Of a stretch of DNA of 64,000 nucleotides, positions 48,137 through 57,768 are shown in pieces. The first letter of the stretch is position 1, and every line of letters starts with the position of its first letter. The notes under the pieces are model-generated. The model was given only the letters and a program-made list of their open reading frames with translations. It was not told the DNA's origin and searched no databases. The translations under genes and the position numbers were made by a program. Source of the stretch: Asaia bogorensis (GTDB lineage: Bacteria > Pseudomonadota > Alphaproteobacteria > CACIAM-22H2); assembly GCA_945901855.1 (NCBI GenBank), contig CAMDLT010000013.1, forward strand, positions 3,421 through 67,420, read 5' to 3'.

Positions 48137-48604
48137 TCAGCCGCCGCAGCCGCCGAGCGTGACCTTGATCTCTTTGGTCGCCGAAAACACCTTGCCGCCT
48201 GCAACCGCAAGCGCCACCACGTTCGACGTCTGGCCCATTTTGACCCGCGTGGTCACGTCCGCAACGGCCTCCGGCAAAATGTCGAAGGTCGCCGCCAACA
48301 TGTTCGGGTTCTTTTCGACCATCAGCGCGAGGCGCGTCGTATTCGCGATCCGGCTGACGATCTGGATGGGCACAACCGCGCCGTTCTCGGCGATATCAGA
48401 AGCGATCAGTTGCAACTCGCCCGATGCTGTTGGCGTCTCGAGGCCGAGCGCTTTGAGCGTGTCGGGAATGTTCTTGCCCTCGAACGCGGCTTTGTTCCAC
48501 TCTGCCAAAGCGGCACGGCTGGGCAAAAGGCCTAGCGACACGAGAGCGGCAAACAGCCCTCCGCTCGCCAAGACCTGTCGGCGTTCTCCATTTACGTGGC
48601 TCAT
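48137..48604 (-). CDS. soxY: thiosulfate oxidation carrier protein SoxY
   Basis: Tat-like signal (RRQVLASGGLFAALVSLG) and the diagnostic C-terminal GGCGG substrate-carrying cysteine motif. Confidence 0.85.
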   Translation of the reverse strand: MSHVNGERRQVLASGGLFAALVSLGLLPSRAALAEWNKAAFEGKNIPDTLKALGLETPTASGELQLIASDIAENGAVVPIQIVSRIANTTRLALMVEKNPNMLAATFDILPEAVADVTTRVKMGQTSNVVALAVAGGKVFSATKEIKVTLGGCGG

Positions 48605-48625
48605 TCGCTTCTCCTTCGGGTCCCG

Positions 48626-49681
48626 TCATTTTTCCGGCGCACCGGCCAGAATCCAATCCACTAGCATCTTGGTGTCGGCGTCGTTCAAGTCGGGGTGCGG
48701 CGGCATCGGCAGATTGCCCCAAACGCCCTCCCCCCCATTGCGCACACGCGCGAACATTAACCCGGCGACATCTTGGTTACGATACTTCAAAGCGATTTCG
48801 TTGTAACCTGGCCCAATGATTTTCTGGCTGACGCCGTGGCAAGCAAGGCAGCCGGATTCCTGGGCTAACCGCATTGGCGCGCCGATCTCGTCATCGAAAT
48901 CGAACTCGCCCGGCCCCGTCACGAGCCCGCGCATTGGCCCAACAATGCGGTTCTGCAGGGCCAAATTGCCGTGTGCACCGCGCGCATGGTCGGGAAGGCG
49001 CGAAGCAATTTGCGCGTCGGACTTGCAATCCTTCATGCAGGCCTGCGCATTCGTGTCGGGCTTGATCGCCGTGTTGCCGAAGCCTTTGCCCGGCCACATC
49101 GCATGTTCGGTCGACATGCCGTTGCGATTGGGCAAACTTGCTTGGACGTCGCGAATCGTACGTTCGTTGAGCTCGAATTCGGCCGGAACAATGTCGGCCA
49201 AATTAAGCATGTACGCCACGACCGCATAAACTTCGTCGTCGGTCATCGATTTGGGTGCGGTCCACGGCATGGCGCGGCGCACATAGTCGAACAAGGTGGC
49301 GATCGTAGGCAGTTTCATAAAGGTCGAGCGCTGCGGATAATCGGGGCGCGCCAAGGTGGCGACGCGTCCGGTCTCAATGTCGCGCGCAGTGGTGCCACCG
49401 ACGATCGGCGTAAATGTGTGGTTGGCCTCGCCGAATGTACCGTGGCACGAGGCGCATTTTTCGTCCCATAGAATCTCGCCCTGCGCAACGGTCCCCCGGC
49501 CGCGCGGCAAACCCACAAAGTCGGGGCGCACGTCGATATCCCATGCTTTTATTTCGTCAGACGTAGCCAGACGTCCGATGCCTGGGAAGCGGTCGGCAGC
49601 CGATGCCGCCGCGGCCAACGTCAAGCCTAAACAAACAAGGAGCAATCGGCTAAAAGATCTGAACATTGCCGACCTCGCCAT
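48626..49681 (-). CDS. soxD: diheme cytochrome c SoxD
   Basis: Signal MARSAMFRSFSRLLLVCLGLTLAAAASA, two CxxCH motifs (CASCHG, CLACHG), directly downstream of soxC. ATG 49666 is an alternative start. Confidence 0.7.
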   Translation of the reverse strand: MARSAMFRSFSRLLLVCLGLTLAAAASAADRFPGIGRLATSDEIKAWDIDVRPDFVGLPRGRGTVAQGEILWDEKCASCHGTFGEANHTFTPIVGGTTARDIETGRVATLARPDYPQRSTFMKLPTIATLFDYVRRAMPWTAPKSMTDDEVYAVVAYMLNLADIVPAEFELNERTIRDVQASLPNRNGMSTEHAMWPGKGFGNTAIKPDTNAQACMKDCKSDAQIASRLPDHARGAHGNLALQNRIVGPMRGLVTGPGEFDFDDEIGAPMRLAQESGCLACHGVSQKIIGPGYNEIALKYRNQDVAGLMFARVRNGGEGVWGNLPMPPHPDLNDADTKMLVDWILAGAPEK

Positions 49682-51020
49682 TTGCCGCGATCTGCCAGGA
49701 TTGGATTGCATTGTTGTGGTAGATCGAGCGCGTACCGCGCACCTCGCGCAGCTGGCCGTAAGAGGGCTGCACATAGCCCGTCTCGTCGATCGCGCGCGAT
49801 TGGAGCAAGCGATCGCTGCCGTCCCAAACGAAGGGCAGCGAGAAGCGCGTTAGGCATTTGGAGAGTACCGGCGTTTGCAGCGCCGCCGTTGTCCAATTGC
49901 GCCCGCCATCGATCGACACATCGACACGCCGGATCCGCCCGCGCCCCGACCACGCCAGACCGCTGATCGTGTAAAATCCTTTTTCGAGCAACGCTTGGCC
50001 GCCTGATGGCGACGTGATCACCGACTTGCATTCCTGGATCGACGTGTATTGGCGGTGCGTGCCATCGGACATCAAATCGATGTAATGAACGGCCTCGTCT
50101 TTGGCGCCGTAGGGCTGGTCGCCAAGTTCGATACGACGCAGCCACTTGACCCACGATACGCCCTGCACGCCGGGCACCACCAGACGCAGCGGATAGCCGT
50201 TTTCGGGCCGCAGCATCTCGCCGTTTTGCCCGTAAGCGACCAGCACTTCACCAGCCAAAACCGAATCGAGCGGGATCGTACGCGTCATTGACGAACCGTC
50301 CGCACCTTCGGCCAAGACGAATTTCCCACGCGCAAAATCGGCGCCGCAATCCTCGAGCAGCGTGCGCAGCGGGACGCCCGTGAACTCGCTGCACGACAGC
50401 ATGCCGTGCGTATACTGCACGGTGGGAACAGCAACGTTTCCCCATTCCATACCGGTATTAGCACCGCATTCGATGAAACAAATCCGGGATACCGACGGCA
50501 GGCGCATCAGATCGTCAAGCGTATAGACTTTTGGCCGTCGCACGAGGCCCGGCACGGCGCCAGTCACCATAAACCGATGCCGACGCGGATCGATATCGTG
50601 CCAACCTTGATGATGGCGCTCAAAATGCAAACCTGAGGGCGTAATGATGCCGAACAAGCCCTGCAACGGCGCAAACGAGACACTCGACCCGGCCGTCTGC
50701 GTCAGGCCCGGACTTTGTCGCCGACCAAGTCCGCGTTCATAGCGCGATGGCGAACCGTAGGGTGTGGTTGCGACGGGTTTGCCAAGCGACGTGCTCCACG
50801 GCGGCAAATTGAGTATCTGCGAGTCGCCCGTTGCTGCTACAGCGGGACCCGCAGCGACAGCACCAGTCGAAACGAGTGCCGTTTTCAAAAAGGCGCGACG
50901 CCCTTTGGATATCTCGGAAATTTCGAGCGGCGACAGAAAATTCTCGGGCGCCCGGCGTAGGGCGCCGCGCGTTTCCAGTCCCTCACCCGCCGGGTTTTCC
51001 CCTGACGATATCTTGCTCAT
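49650..51020 (-). CDS. soxC: sulfane dehydrogenase molybdopterin subunit SoxC (sulfite-oxidase family)
   Basis: Tat signal KGRRAFLKTALVSTGAVAAGPAVAA, 456 aa. Sulfite-oxidase family Mo-domain motifs (GLHFERHH, FIECGANTG with the Mo-ligand Cys) and a C-terminal dimerisation domain. Confidence 0.8.
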   Translation of the reverse strand: MSKISSGENPAGEGLETRGALRRAPENFLSPLEISEISKGRRAFLKTALVSTGAVAAGPAVAATGDSQILNLPPWSTSLGKPVATTPYGSPSRYERGLGRRQSPGLTQTAGSSVSFAPLQGLFGIITPSGLHFERHHQGWHDIDPRRHRFMVTGAVPGLVRRPKVYTLDDLMRLPSVSRICFIECGANTGMEWGNVAVPTVQYTHGMLSCSEFTGVPLRTLLEDCGADFARGKFVLAEGADGSSMTRTIPLDSVLAGEVLVAYGQNGEMLRPENGYPLRLVVPGVQGVSWVKWLRRIELGDQPYGAKDEAVHYIDLMSDGTHRQYTSIQECKSVITSPSGGQALLEKGFYTISGLAWSGRGRIRRVDVSIDGGRNWTTAALQTPVLSKCLTRFSLPFVWDGSDRLLQSRAIDETGYVQPSYGQLREVRGTRSIYHNNAIQSWQIAANGEVGNVQIF

Positions 51021-51066
51021 TCGTTTCCTTCCCGAATGAACATTAGCAGCATCTAATACGAAAATG

Positions 51067-51097
51067 CAAGAAATCTAACGAGGTCGTTTAGATTTCT
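51067..51097. promoter_or_regulatory. perfect 11-bp-arm palindrome AAGAAATCTAA-N9-TTAGATTTCTT upstream of soxC
   Basis: Seen directly in the AT-rich 215-bp gap between soxC (start 51020) and the upstream dehydrogenase gene (end 51236). Could be an operator for a sox regulator, or a weak U-tailed terminator for the upstream minus-strand gene. Confidence 0.4.
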
Positions 51098-51235
51098 TTC
51101 CGAGAGTCCGGATCGCAGTTTGCCGCCAGTGTGGCGGGCGTGTCCCCGCAGTCGAGTGCCCGCTCAACCGACAGAGCTTGCCGTTATGCCGCCAGGCGCG
51201 ACGCGTAGGGTCGAAGCGTTTTTTGTCAAGCGCGC

Positions 51236-52204
51236 CTAGACAACGATATCGTCGGCCGGCAGCGGCTCGCCGCGCGAGACGGCCATAATATTGGCAAACA
51301 TGCGGTTAACGGTTGGCGCGTAATTGTCGGCGGCGATTGCCGCCAGATGCGGCGTAAGAATAAGATTGTCGATGCCGACTAGATTGCTGTTGGCGGGCAG
51401 CGGTTCAACTGCAAACACATCCATCGCTGCCGCATGGATTGTGCCGTCGCGCAAAGCACGCACCAGATCACCCTCGACCACCACACCGCCGCGCGCCACA
51501 TTGACGAGGATGGCGCTCCGCTTCATCGTCGCGAGTGCTTGGAAATCGATCAAGTTCTTGGTCTCGGGAGTCATTGGACAATGCAGCGACACAACGTCGC
51601 TGCGGGCGAGAAGTTCGGACAAGGGCGCATAGCGCGCACCTAACGCCCGCTCTTCATCGGCCGAAAGTCGGTTCGGCTTGTGGTAGAGAATCGTGCAGCC
51701 GAACCCCTGCAGTATACGCGCAACTGCTTTGCCGATGGCGCCAAATCCGATCAGGCCAACCGTTTTGCCCGACAGCATAAAAGTTTCGCGCGTTTGCGCG
51801 TCCACGCCGCGCCAAGCACCGCCACGCAAATCGGCATGCCCATTGGCGATATGGCGCAGCGTCGCCAACATGAGCCCGAGCGTGAATTCCGCGACTGGAA
51901 TCGCGTTGCTGCCTGTCGTACGCGCCACCTTGATGCCGCAGGCGCGTGCGGCCTCCAAGTCGAAGTTATCGACGCCAACTCCCCATTTGTGCAGCAGCTT
52001 CAGCTTGCGCGCCGCGCGCATAACGTCGCCGCCAACGCCCACTTGGCCCGAAATCGCGTAGTCGGCGTCGGCGATCAGCTCCTTCAAATGCAGATCGCCG
52101 CGCGCAGTGGCGCAACTGAGAGAAAACCCCGGCGGCACATAGTGCCGCAGCTTTGCTAGGTTTTTTTCGGTAAGCGGATCGACGACGACGATCGATTGGG
52201 CCAT
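51236..52204 (-). CDS. D-isomer-specific 2-hydroxyacid dehydrogenase family protein (NAD-binding)
   Basis: 322 aa from MAQSIVVVD. GxGxxG NAD motif GLIGFGAIGKAVA and the catalytic Arg/Glu/His triad region (VARGGVV...EPL...LTPH). Confidence 0.85.
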   Translation of the reverse strand: MAQSIVVVDPLTEKNLAKLRHYVPPGFSLSCATARGDLHLKELIADADYAISGQVGVGGDVMRAARKLKLLHKWGVGVDNFDLEAARACGIKVARTTGSNAIPVAEFTLGLMLATLRHIANGHADLRGGAWRGVDAQTRETFMLSGKTVGLIGFGAIGKAVARILQGFGCTILYHKPNRLSADEERALGARYAPLSELLARSDVVSLHCPMTPETKNLIDFQALATMKRSAILVNVARGGVVVEGDLVRALRDGTIHAAAMDVFAVEPLPANSNLVGIDNLILTPHLAAIAADNYAPTVNRMFANIMAVSRGEPLPADDIVV

Positions 52205-52232
52205 GGCGCTTGTTCCACTTGGCTTGATGAGA

Positions 52233-53891
52233 TCAGATCGAAAAACGAACGCCCGCGCGCGCAAGTCCGCCCGAGATCGCAACAGGTGTGCCGTCCGCAC
52301 GCCAGCACGCAGCGCCGGTCATCATGCCGTCCGGTGCAAACGCAATGGCACCCATGCCGCCCGCGATACGGGCCACGCGCGCAATGCGATGGCCGCGCTT
52401 GGCAAGATCGTCCGCAACAGTTTGCGCAATGCCAGGTTCGAGCTCGAGATCCCCGCCTTCTGTCCAGACGCGCGGTGCTTCGACCGCCTCTTGGACAGTC
52501 ATGCCATAGTCGATAAGATTGACGATTGCCTGCATGGCGGACGGGAAGATACGAAGAGCCCCCGGCAAGCCCAGCGCGAACGCGATTTTGCCGTCGTACA
52601 GCGCCATCATCGGCGCCATCGACGTGTACACCCGCTTGCCGGGCTTGATCGAGAGCGCCAAACCTGGGTGCGGATCGAAATTATGCATGTAGTTATTGGC
52701 CGTGAGTCCGGTTTCAGGAATCTGCACGCAAGCCCCGAAAATACCGTTCAACGTTTGCGTGCTGGCGACCACATTGCCGGCCGAATCGGCCACCGTGACG
52801 TGCGTCGTGTTTGCGGACTCGCCGGCGGCCAAGCCAGGGCCCCAGTTTTGGCTGGCATCCATGCGGAGTTGCGCGCGCCGCTGTGCGGCGTACTCTTTGG
52901 AGATAAGTTTTGCGACCGGCACATCGACGAAAGCCGGATCGGCCGTCGCAACTGCACGGTCGGCAAAAGCGATGCGCATCGCCTCCGCCAGCAAGTGCGT
53001 GGCGTCTGCCGACCCAAAACCCATTGCGCTAATGTCGTCGCCCTCAAGTAGATTGAGCATCTGCACGATATGCACGCCCGACGACGAGGGCGGCGGCGGT
53101 CCAAAAATCTCGTAACCGCGATATGTGCCCACGACAGGTTCGCGCGTAACGATGCGGTAGTCGGCAAGATCGTGCCGATCGATCAAACCGCCCGTTCGCC
53201 CCATATAGCTTTCAAGCGCCTGGCCAAGTGTTCCGCCATAGAGCGTTCCCGGCCCTTCGGCAGCAATCGAGCGCAAGCTCTGCGCCAAGAGCGGCTGAAC
53301 GACGCGGGCGCCTGCCTGGAGCGGTGCTCCACGCGGCAAGAACAGCGCCGCCAATCCAGGATCGCGCGCCAGATCGACCGCGCAATCCTTCACACAATCC
53401 ACAAGATAGTCGGTCGCCGCAAACCCGTTTTCGGCAAGGCGGATTGACGGAGAAATCGCGTCGGCCAGCGCGATCGTTCCGTGGCGGGCCAGCGCTTCGC
53501 ACCAGCCAAGCAACGCCCCTGGTACCGCAACGGCGAGGGCGCCCAATTGGTTGGCGCGATCTTTAGTGTCGCGATAAGTTGGCAAATCGTAGCCGGTCGG
53601 CACGTACATATCCGGTGTCGCGCGGTGCGGCGCGGTACCAAGCGCGTCGATCACAGTGTGGCGCCCGTTCGCCAGCCGGATGTGCGCCATTCCGCCGCCC
53701 AGCACCCCGACCATCATCGGTTCGACCACCGACAGCGCAAAAAACGAAGCGACGGCCGCATCGATCGCGTTGCCGCCACCAAGCAAAATCTCCGCACCAA
53801 CCGCCGAGGCAAGCGGATGGTTGGTCACGACAACGCCGCGCGATCCCGACGCGGATTGCTTCTCGCACACGAACGGACTTGCTCGCGACAT
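52233..53891 (-). CDS. gamma-glutamyltransferase family protein (second paralog, no signal peptide)
   Basis: 552 aa from MSRASPFVCEKQSASGSRGVVVTNHPLAS. Nucleophile region ANTTHVTVADSAGNVVASTQTLN, C-terminal GG motif. Confidence 0.8.
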   Translation of the reverse strand: MSRASPFVCEKQSASGSRGVVVTNHPLASAVGAEILLGGGNAIDAAVASFFALSVVEPMMVGVLGGGMAHIRLANGRHTVIDALGTAPHRATPDMYVPTGYDLPTYRDTKDRANQLGALAVAVPGALLGWCEALARHGTIALADAISPSIRLAENGFAATDYLVDCVKDCAVDLARDPGLAALFLPRGAPLQAGARVVQPLLAQSLRSIAAEGPGTLYGGTLGQALESYMGRTGGLIDRHDLADYRIVTREPVVGTYRGYEIFGPPPPSSSGVHIVQMLNLLEGDDISAMGFGSADATHLLAEAMRIAFADRAVATADPAFVDVPVAKLISKEYAAQRRAQLRMDASQNWGPGLAAGESANTTHVTVADSAGNVVASTQTLNGIFGACVQIPETGLTANNYMHNFDPHPGLALSIKPGKRVYTSMAPMMALYDGKIAFALGLPGALRIFPSAMQAIVNLIDYGMTVQEAVEAPRVWTEGGDLELEPGIAQTVADDLAKRGHRIARVARIAGGMGAIAFAPDGMMTGAACWRADGTPVAISGGLARAGVRFSI

Positions 53892-53958
53892 GCCGACCTT
53901 GGCTTTCTTCGAAAACACGCACCCCATGCTAGCGAACGAAGATCGGCGTCACAACGAA

Positions 53959-55581
53959 TTAGGCGTGCAGGCCCGGCGCCTCATGGCCCGAGCGAGCCAC
54001 ATACTCCGTGTAGCCGCCGTCGTAGCGATGGATGCCCTCGGGCGTAAGTTCCAGCACGCGGTTCGACAGCGCGGCCAAGAAGCGCCGGTCGTGCGACACG
54101 AACAGCATCGTTCCTTCGTATTGCGAAAGCGCCGCAATCAGCATTTCCTTGGTCGCAATATCGAGATGGTTTGTCGGCTCGTCGAGGACGAGAAAGTTCG
54201 GCGGATCGTAGAGCATCTGGGCCATCACGAGTCGTGCTTTCTCCCCGCCCGACAGCACGCGGCATTTTTTTTCGATCTCGTCGCCCGAGAATCCGAAGCA
54301 GCCCGCAAGCGTACGTAACGACCCCTGCCCGGCGCGCGGGAACGCGTACTCGAGCGATTGGTAAACCGTCCGCTCGCCGTCGAGCAATTCCATCGCATGC
54401 TGCGCGAAATAGGCCATCTTGACGCTGCCGCCGAGCGTGACCGTCCCTTCGTCGGGCGCCGTCGTGCCGGTGACGAGCTTCAGCAGCGTCGATTTGCCGG
54501 CCCCGTTGACGCCCATGATGCACACACGCTCCTTGCGGCGCACCATCAAATCGAGATTTTCGTAGATCGTGCGGCTGCCGTAACGTTTCGAGACGCTGCG
54601 CAGATTGACGACGTCGTCGCCCGAACGCGGGGCAGCCATAAACTCGAACGAAACGGTCTGGCGGCGTTTTGGCGGCTCGACCCGATCGATTTTGTCGAGC
54701 TTTTTCACGCGGCTTTGCACCTGCGCCGCGTGCGAGGCGCGAGCCTTGAAACGCTCGATGAATTTGATCTCCTTGGCCAGCATCGCCTGCTGTCGGTCGA
54801 ACTGCGCCTGCTGCTGCTTTTCGTTCTGGGCGCGCTGCATCTCGTAGAACTCGTAATCGCCCGAATATGTCGACAACGTTCCGCCATCGATCTCGACGAT
54901 CTTGGTCACGATGCGGTTCATAAACTCGCGGTCGTGGGAAGTCATCATCAATGCGCCGTCGTAGTTTTTTAAAAATGCTTCGAGCCAGATTAGGCTTTCG
55001 AGATCGAGATGGTTGCTCGGTTCGTCGAGCAGCATCACGTCCGGACGCATCAGCAAGATGCGCGCGAGGGCGACCCGCATTTTCCAGCCGCCCGACAATG
55101 CGCCTACGTCGCCGTCCATCATCTCCTGGCTGAAACTGAGGCCGGCCAGCGTCTCGCGCGCACGGCTTTCGAGCGCGTAGCCGCCAAGCTCCTCGAATCG
55201 AGCCTGTACCTCGCCAAACCGTTCGATCGTTTCGTTCAGACTGTCCGCGTGTTCGGGATCGCCCATTTTGGCTTCGAGCGCGTGCAATTCGGCGGCTACG
55301 TCGCTGACGACGCCAGCCCCAGCAGTGGCTTCGGCCACGGCGCTTCGCCCCGACATTTCGCCGACATCCTGGCCGAAATAGCCGATGCTGACGCCCCTAT
55401 CGATTACGATTTGGCCTTCGTCGGGCTGTTCCTGCCCGCAAACCATTCGAAAGATCGTCGACTTGCCGGCCCCATTGGGGCCTACCAGTCCGATCTTTTC
55501 GCCCCTGAGAAGAGTAGCAGAGGCTTCGATAAAGAGGATCTGTTGGCCGTTTTGCTTGCTGATCTTGTCGAGGCGAATCAT
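53959..55581 (-). CDS. ABC-F family ATPase (tandem ABC domains, no TM domain; EttA/Uup-like translation factor)
   Basis: Two Walker A motifs (GPNGAGKST, GVNGAGKST) and two signature motifs (LSGGWKMRVALA, LSGGEKARLVMA), with a charged inter-domain linker. Confidence 0.85.
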   Translation of the reverse strand: MIRLDKISKQNGQQILFIEASATLLRGEKIGLVGPNGAGKSTIFRMVCGQEQPDEGQIVIDRGVSIGYFGQDVGEMSGRSAVAEATAGAGVVSDVAAELHALEAKMGDPEHADSLNETIERFGEVQARFEELGGYALESRARETLAGLSFSQEMMDGDVGALSGGWKMRVALARILLMRPDVMLLDEPSNHLDLESLIWLEAFLKNYDGALMMTSHDREFMNRIVTKIVEIDGGTLSTYSGDYEFYEMQRAQNEKQQQAQFDRQQAMLAKEIKFIERFKARASHAAQVQSRVKKLDKIDRVEPPKRRQTVSFEFMAAPRSGDDVVNLRSVSKRYGSRTIYENLDLMVRRKERVCIMGVNGAGKSTLLKLVTGTTAPDEGTVTLGGSVKMAYFAQHAMELLDGERTVYQSLEYAFPRAGQGSLRTLAGCFGFSGDEIEKKCRVLSGGEKARLVMAQMLYDPPNFLVLDEPTNHLDIATKEMLIAALSQYEGTMLFVSHDRRFLAALSNRVLELTPEGIHRYDGGYTEYVARSGHEAPGLHA

Positions 55582-55650
55582 GCGAACCCTATGTTTTGGG
55601 AACGCGGAAACTACCCGGTCCGGCCGACCGATGCGAGAGACTTTCGACGA

Positions 55651-56397
55651 TTACCCCACGGCATGGCGCGGAAGCGGAATGGCTTCGATGGCCCTGTCGC
55701 CGAAGCGCAAATAGCCCTCCTCAAGCGGCAATTCGCGCGCGACGATGAGCCCGTCGCTTTGGACGCCGTGCGTCGGGTCAAGCATCCGTCGACCTTTTGT
55801 GCCGGGCGGATCGAATGTCCATTCCTGAAATCCCAGAATGTAGAAATTCAGCATCACTGCGGGTTTGTCGTCGGCACAAAACCAGTGCGCATTGCGCGAA
55901 ACCTCGGTCGTCTCGAACCTGTCACCGATGCCGAACCAGCGGTCAGTGCGCGTGCGCAGCAGCAGCGTGTCGGGCGCGACGCGCGCAACGCGATCCCATT
56001 CGCGTGCATAAACGCGCCCCTCGAGCACGACCTGGGTTGAAATCAAATTGTGATGGCAATGCGGCGGATGCACCTCGCCCGGATCGAGATACAGAAGCTG
56101 CATCGTCCAGGATTTAGCGGGCGTCGTCATTTGGTTGAGCACTTGGTCCGTCCGCTCGTCGAGCGCCTTGCGGATCCAGGGTTTGAGTTCGGCGACCAAA
56201 TCGATCGACCGGTGCAACGCGCGAATCCGATCGATATAGTCATCGGGTGTAATCGCATGGCAGCCCAACGCGTCGATCGAGGCTTCGGCTTGCGTCCATA
56301 GACGCTCGCGATAGGCATCGACATCGGGCAGCACGGCCCCTGCGCGCGTGTTTATCTTCACGATCTTGCCGGACGCCGTTTTGATCTCTTTGGCCAT
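55651..56397 (-). CDS. cupin-fold protein (metal-binding HxH...E motif)
   Basis: MAKEIKTASG..., cupin motif GEVHPPHCHHNLISTQVVLEG. A GAGGGAG RBS lies upstream of ATG 56397; the ATG at 56412 lies inside that RBS. Confidence 0.55.
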   Translation of the reverse strand: MAKEIKTASGKIVKINTRAGAVLPDVDAYRERLWTQAEASIDALGCHAITPDDYIDRIRALHRSIDLVAELKPWIRKALDERTDQVLNQMTTPAKSWTMQLLYLDPGEVHPPHCHHNLISTQVVLEGRVYAREWDRVARVAPDTLLLRTRTDRWFGIGDRFETTEVSRNAHWFCADDKPAVMLNFYILGFQEWTFDPPGTKGRRMLDPTHGVQSDGLIVARELPLEEGYLRFGDRAIEAIPLPRHAVG

Positions 56398-56408
56398 CGC
56401 CAACTCCC

Positions 56409-57620
56409 TCAATCGACCATCGTATCGACCAGCATCCGCTGAAAATGATGGACGTTCTTTTCCCAGACCGGCGAGAAAACGACTTTGTCGGCGACTGGCG
56501 AACGGCGTGCGATCTGCTGCTGTTCCCAGATTTTCATGTCCTGGCTGCGGATGCCGCCGTAGTCGCGCATAATTCCCGTTTCGCCGAGCCAGCGCGCCAA
56601 GGTCTTTTTGCGCTGTTCGGCGAACTCAGGAGCTGTCGCCGCATCGCCGACGAAAAAATAACCCATCTTCGAGACCGTTCGGTCCGCCGCGATCGGATCG
56701 GCAATCACTGACGCAAGATGGTCGGACTGCAGCGTCAGCGTCATATTCGGAAACACGACGCTCGTACAGCGCACGCGCTTGCGACCTTCAGCGTATGGAA
56801 TTAAAGGCAATTGGCCTGCCGCCGGATAGAAATCTTGGTCGCCCCGGCGCTTCAATGTGACGACCGTGCCAAGCGGAATGGGCTCCGCAAGAGGTTGGCC
56901 CGTTGCAAGATCGAGATCGTCCGACATCTTTGTGAAGACGTTTTTATGCACCCATATATGATGGTACGTCTCCCAATTGTCGTTCTGCATTTTCCAATTT
57001 GCATTCCACGCCCAATCTTCGCGGTGCCCGATGCGGGTCGCTCCCAAATCGGCACCGTCGATCAATTGCTCGAGAGGGCGAATATGCTCGGCGAACTGGG
57101 CCGCATTGGAATCGAGATTGATAAAAATCCAATGGTGCCAAATCGCCGTCCGAACCGGGATCAAGCCCAACGCGGCAAGATCCAAACTGCCCGACCGATT
57201 GCCCTCCTTCGTGCCGTCGAAATAGGGCGTGGATTTCAAACGGCCGTCCAAATCGTAGGCCCATGCATGATAAGGACAGGCAAATTGCTTCAGATTCGAG
57301 CATGGTTCCGTCACCATCATCGCCGCGCGATGGCGACAGACGTTGTGGAAAACTCAGATCGACCCGGCTGCATCGCGAACCAGGATTAATGGAATTCCTG
57401 CGGCCATGAGGGGGATTGCGTCCCCTACCTTCGGCACGTCGCTGGCAAAGGCCAAGCACATCCATGTGCGCGCAAACAGTTTTTGCTGTTCCAGTCGGAA
57501 AAAATCGCCGTCCGTGTAGGCTAATCCTGGAAGGCCGCAAGATTGCTCGATCGGTTTGCGGATTGAGTCGATAGCGTTTTGACCGAGGATGTTTTCGATG
57601 GTGTGCAGCATCTTCGACAT
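56409..57620 (-). pseudogene. Rieske [2Fe-2S] non-heme-iron oxygenase alpha subunit, interrupted by an in-frame TGA (codon 57352-57354)
   Basis: ORFs 57354..57620 and 56409..57320 are in the same frame. The reverse complement across the gap reads GSI-TGA-VFHNVCRHRAAMMVTEPCSNLKQFACPYHAWAY. This is the intact Rieske CxH...CxxH motif with a stop where Arg (CGA) is expected. The C-terminal part has the mononuclear-iron catalytic domain (WETYHHIWVH). Confidence 0.6.
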
Positions 57621-57768
57621 AACGCCTCCTTTCGGCTCTCAGAAGAATGTATGCCAAATCTGTACCATTCGAAAGACAACGGCGGTGATTACGGTGGCCC
57701 GTATTTTGCTCTCACTATGAAACCGGAGACGCCCACACCTGCCTCCGGCTTTCGTCCGAGGAAAATGC

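Noticed and set aside
57352-57354. In-frame TGA in the Rieske gene read as selenocysteine
   Set aside because: No SECIS-like hairpin is evident downstream. The position normally holds Arg, not Cys/Sec, and a CGA-to-TGA nonsense change is the simpler explanation.
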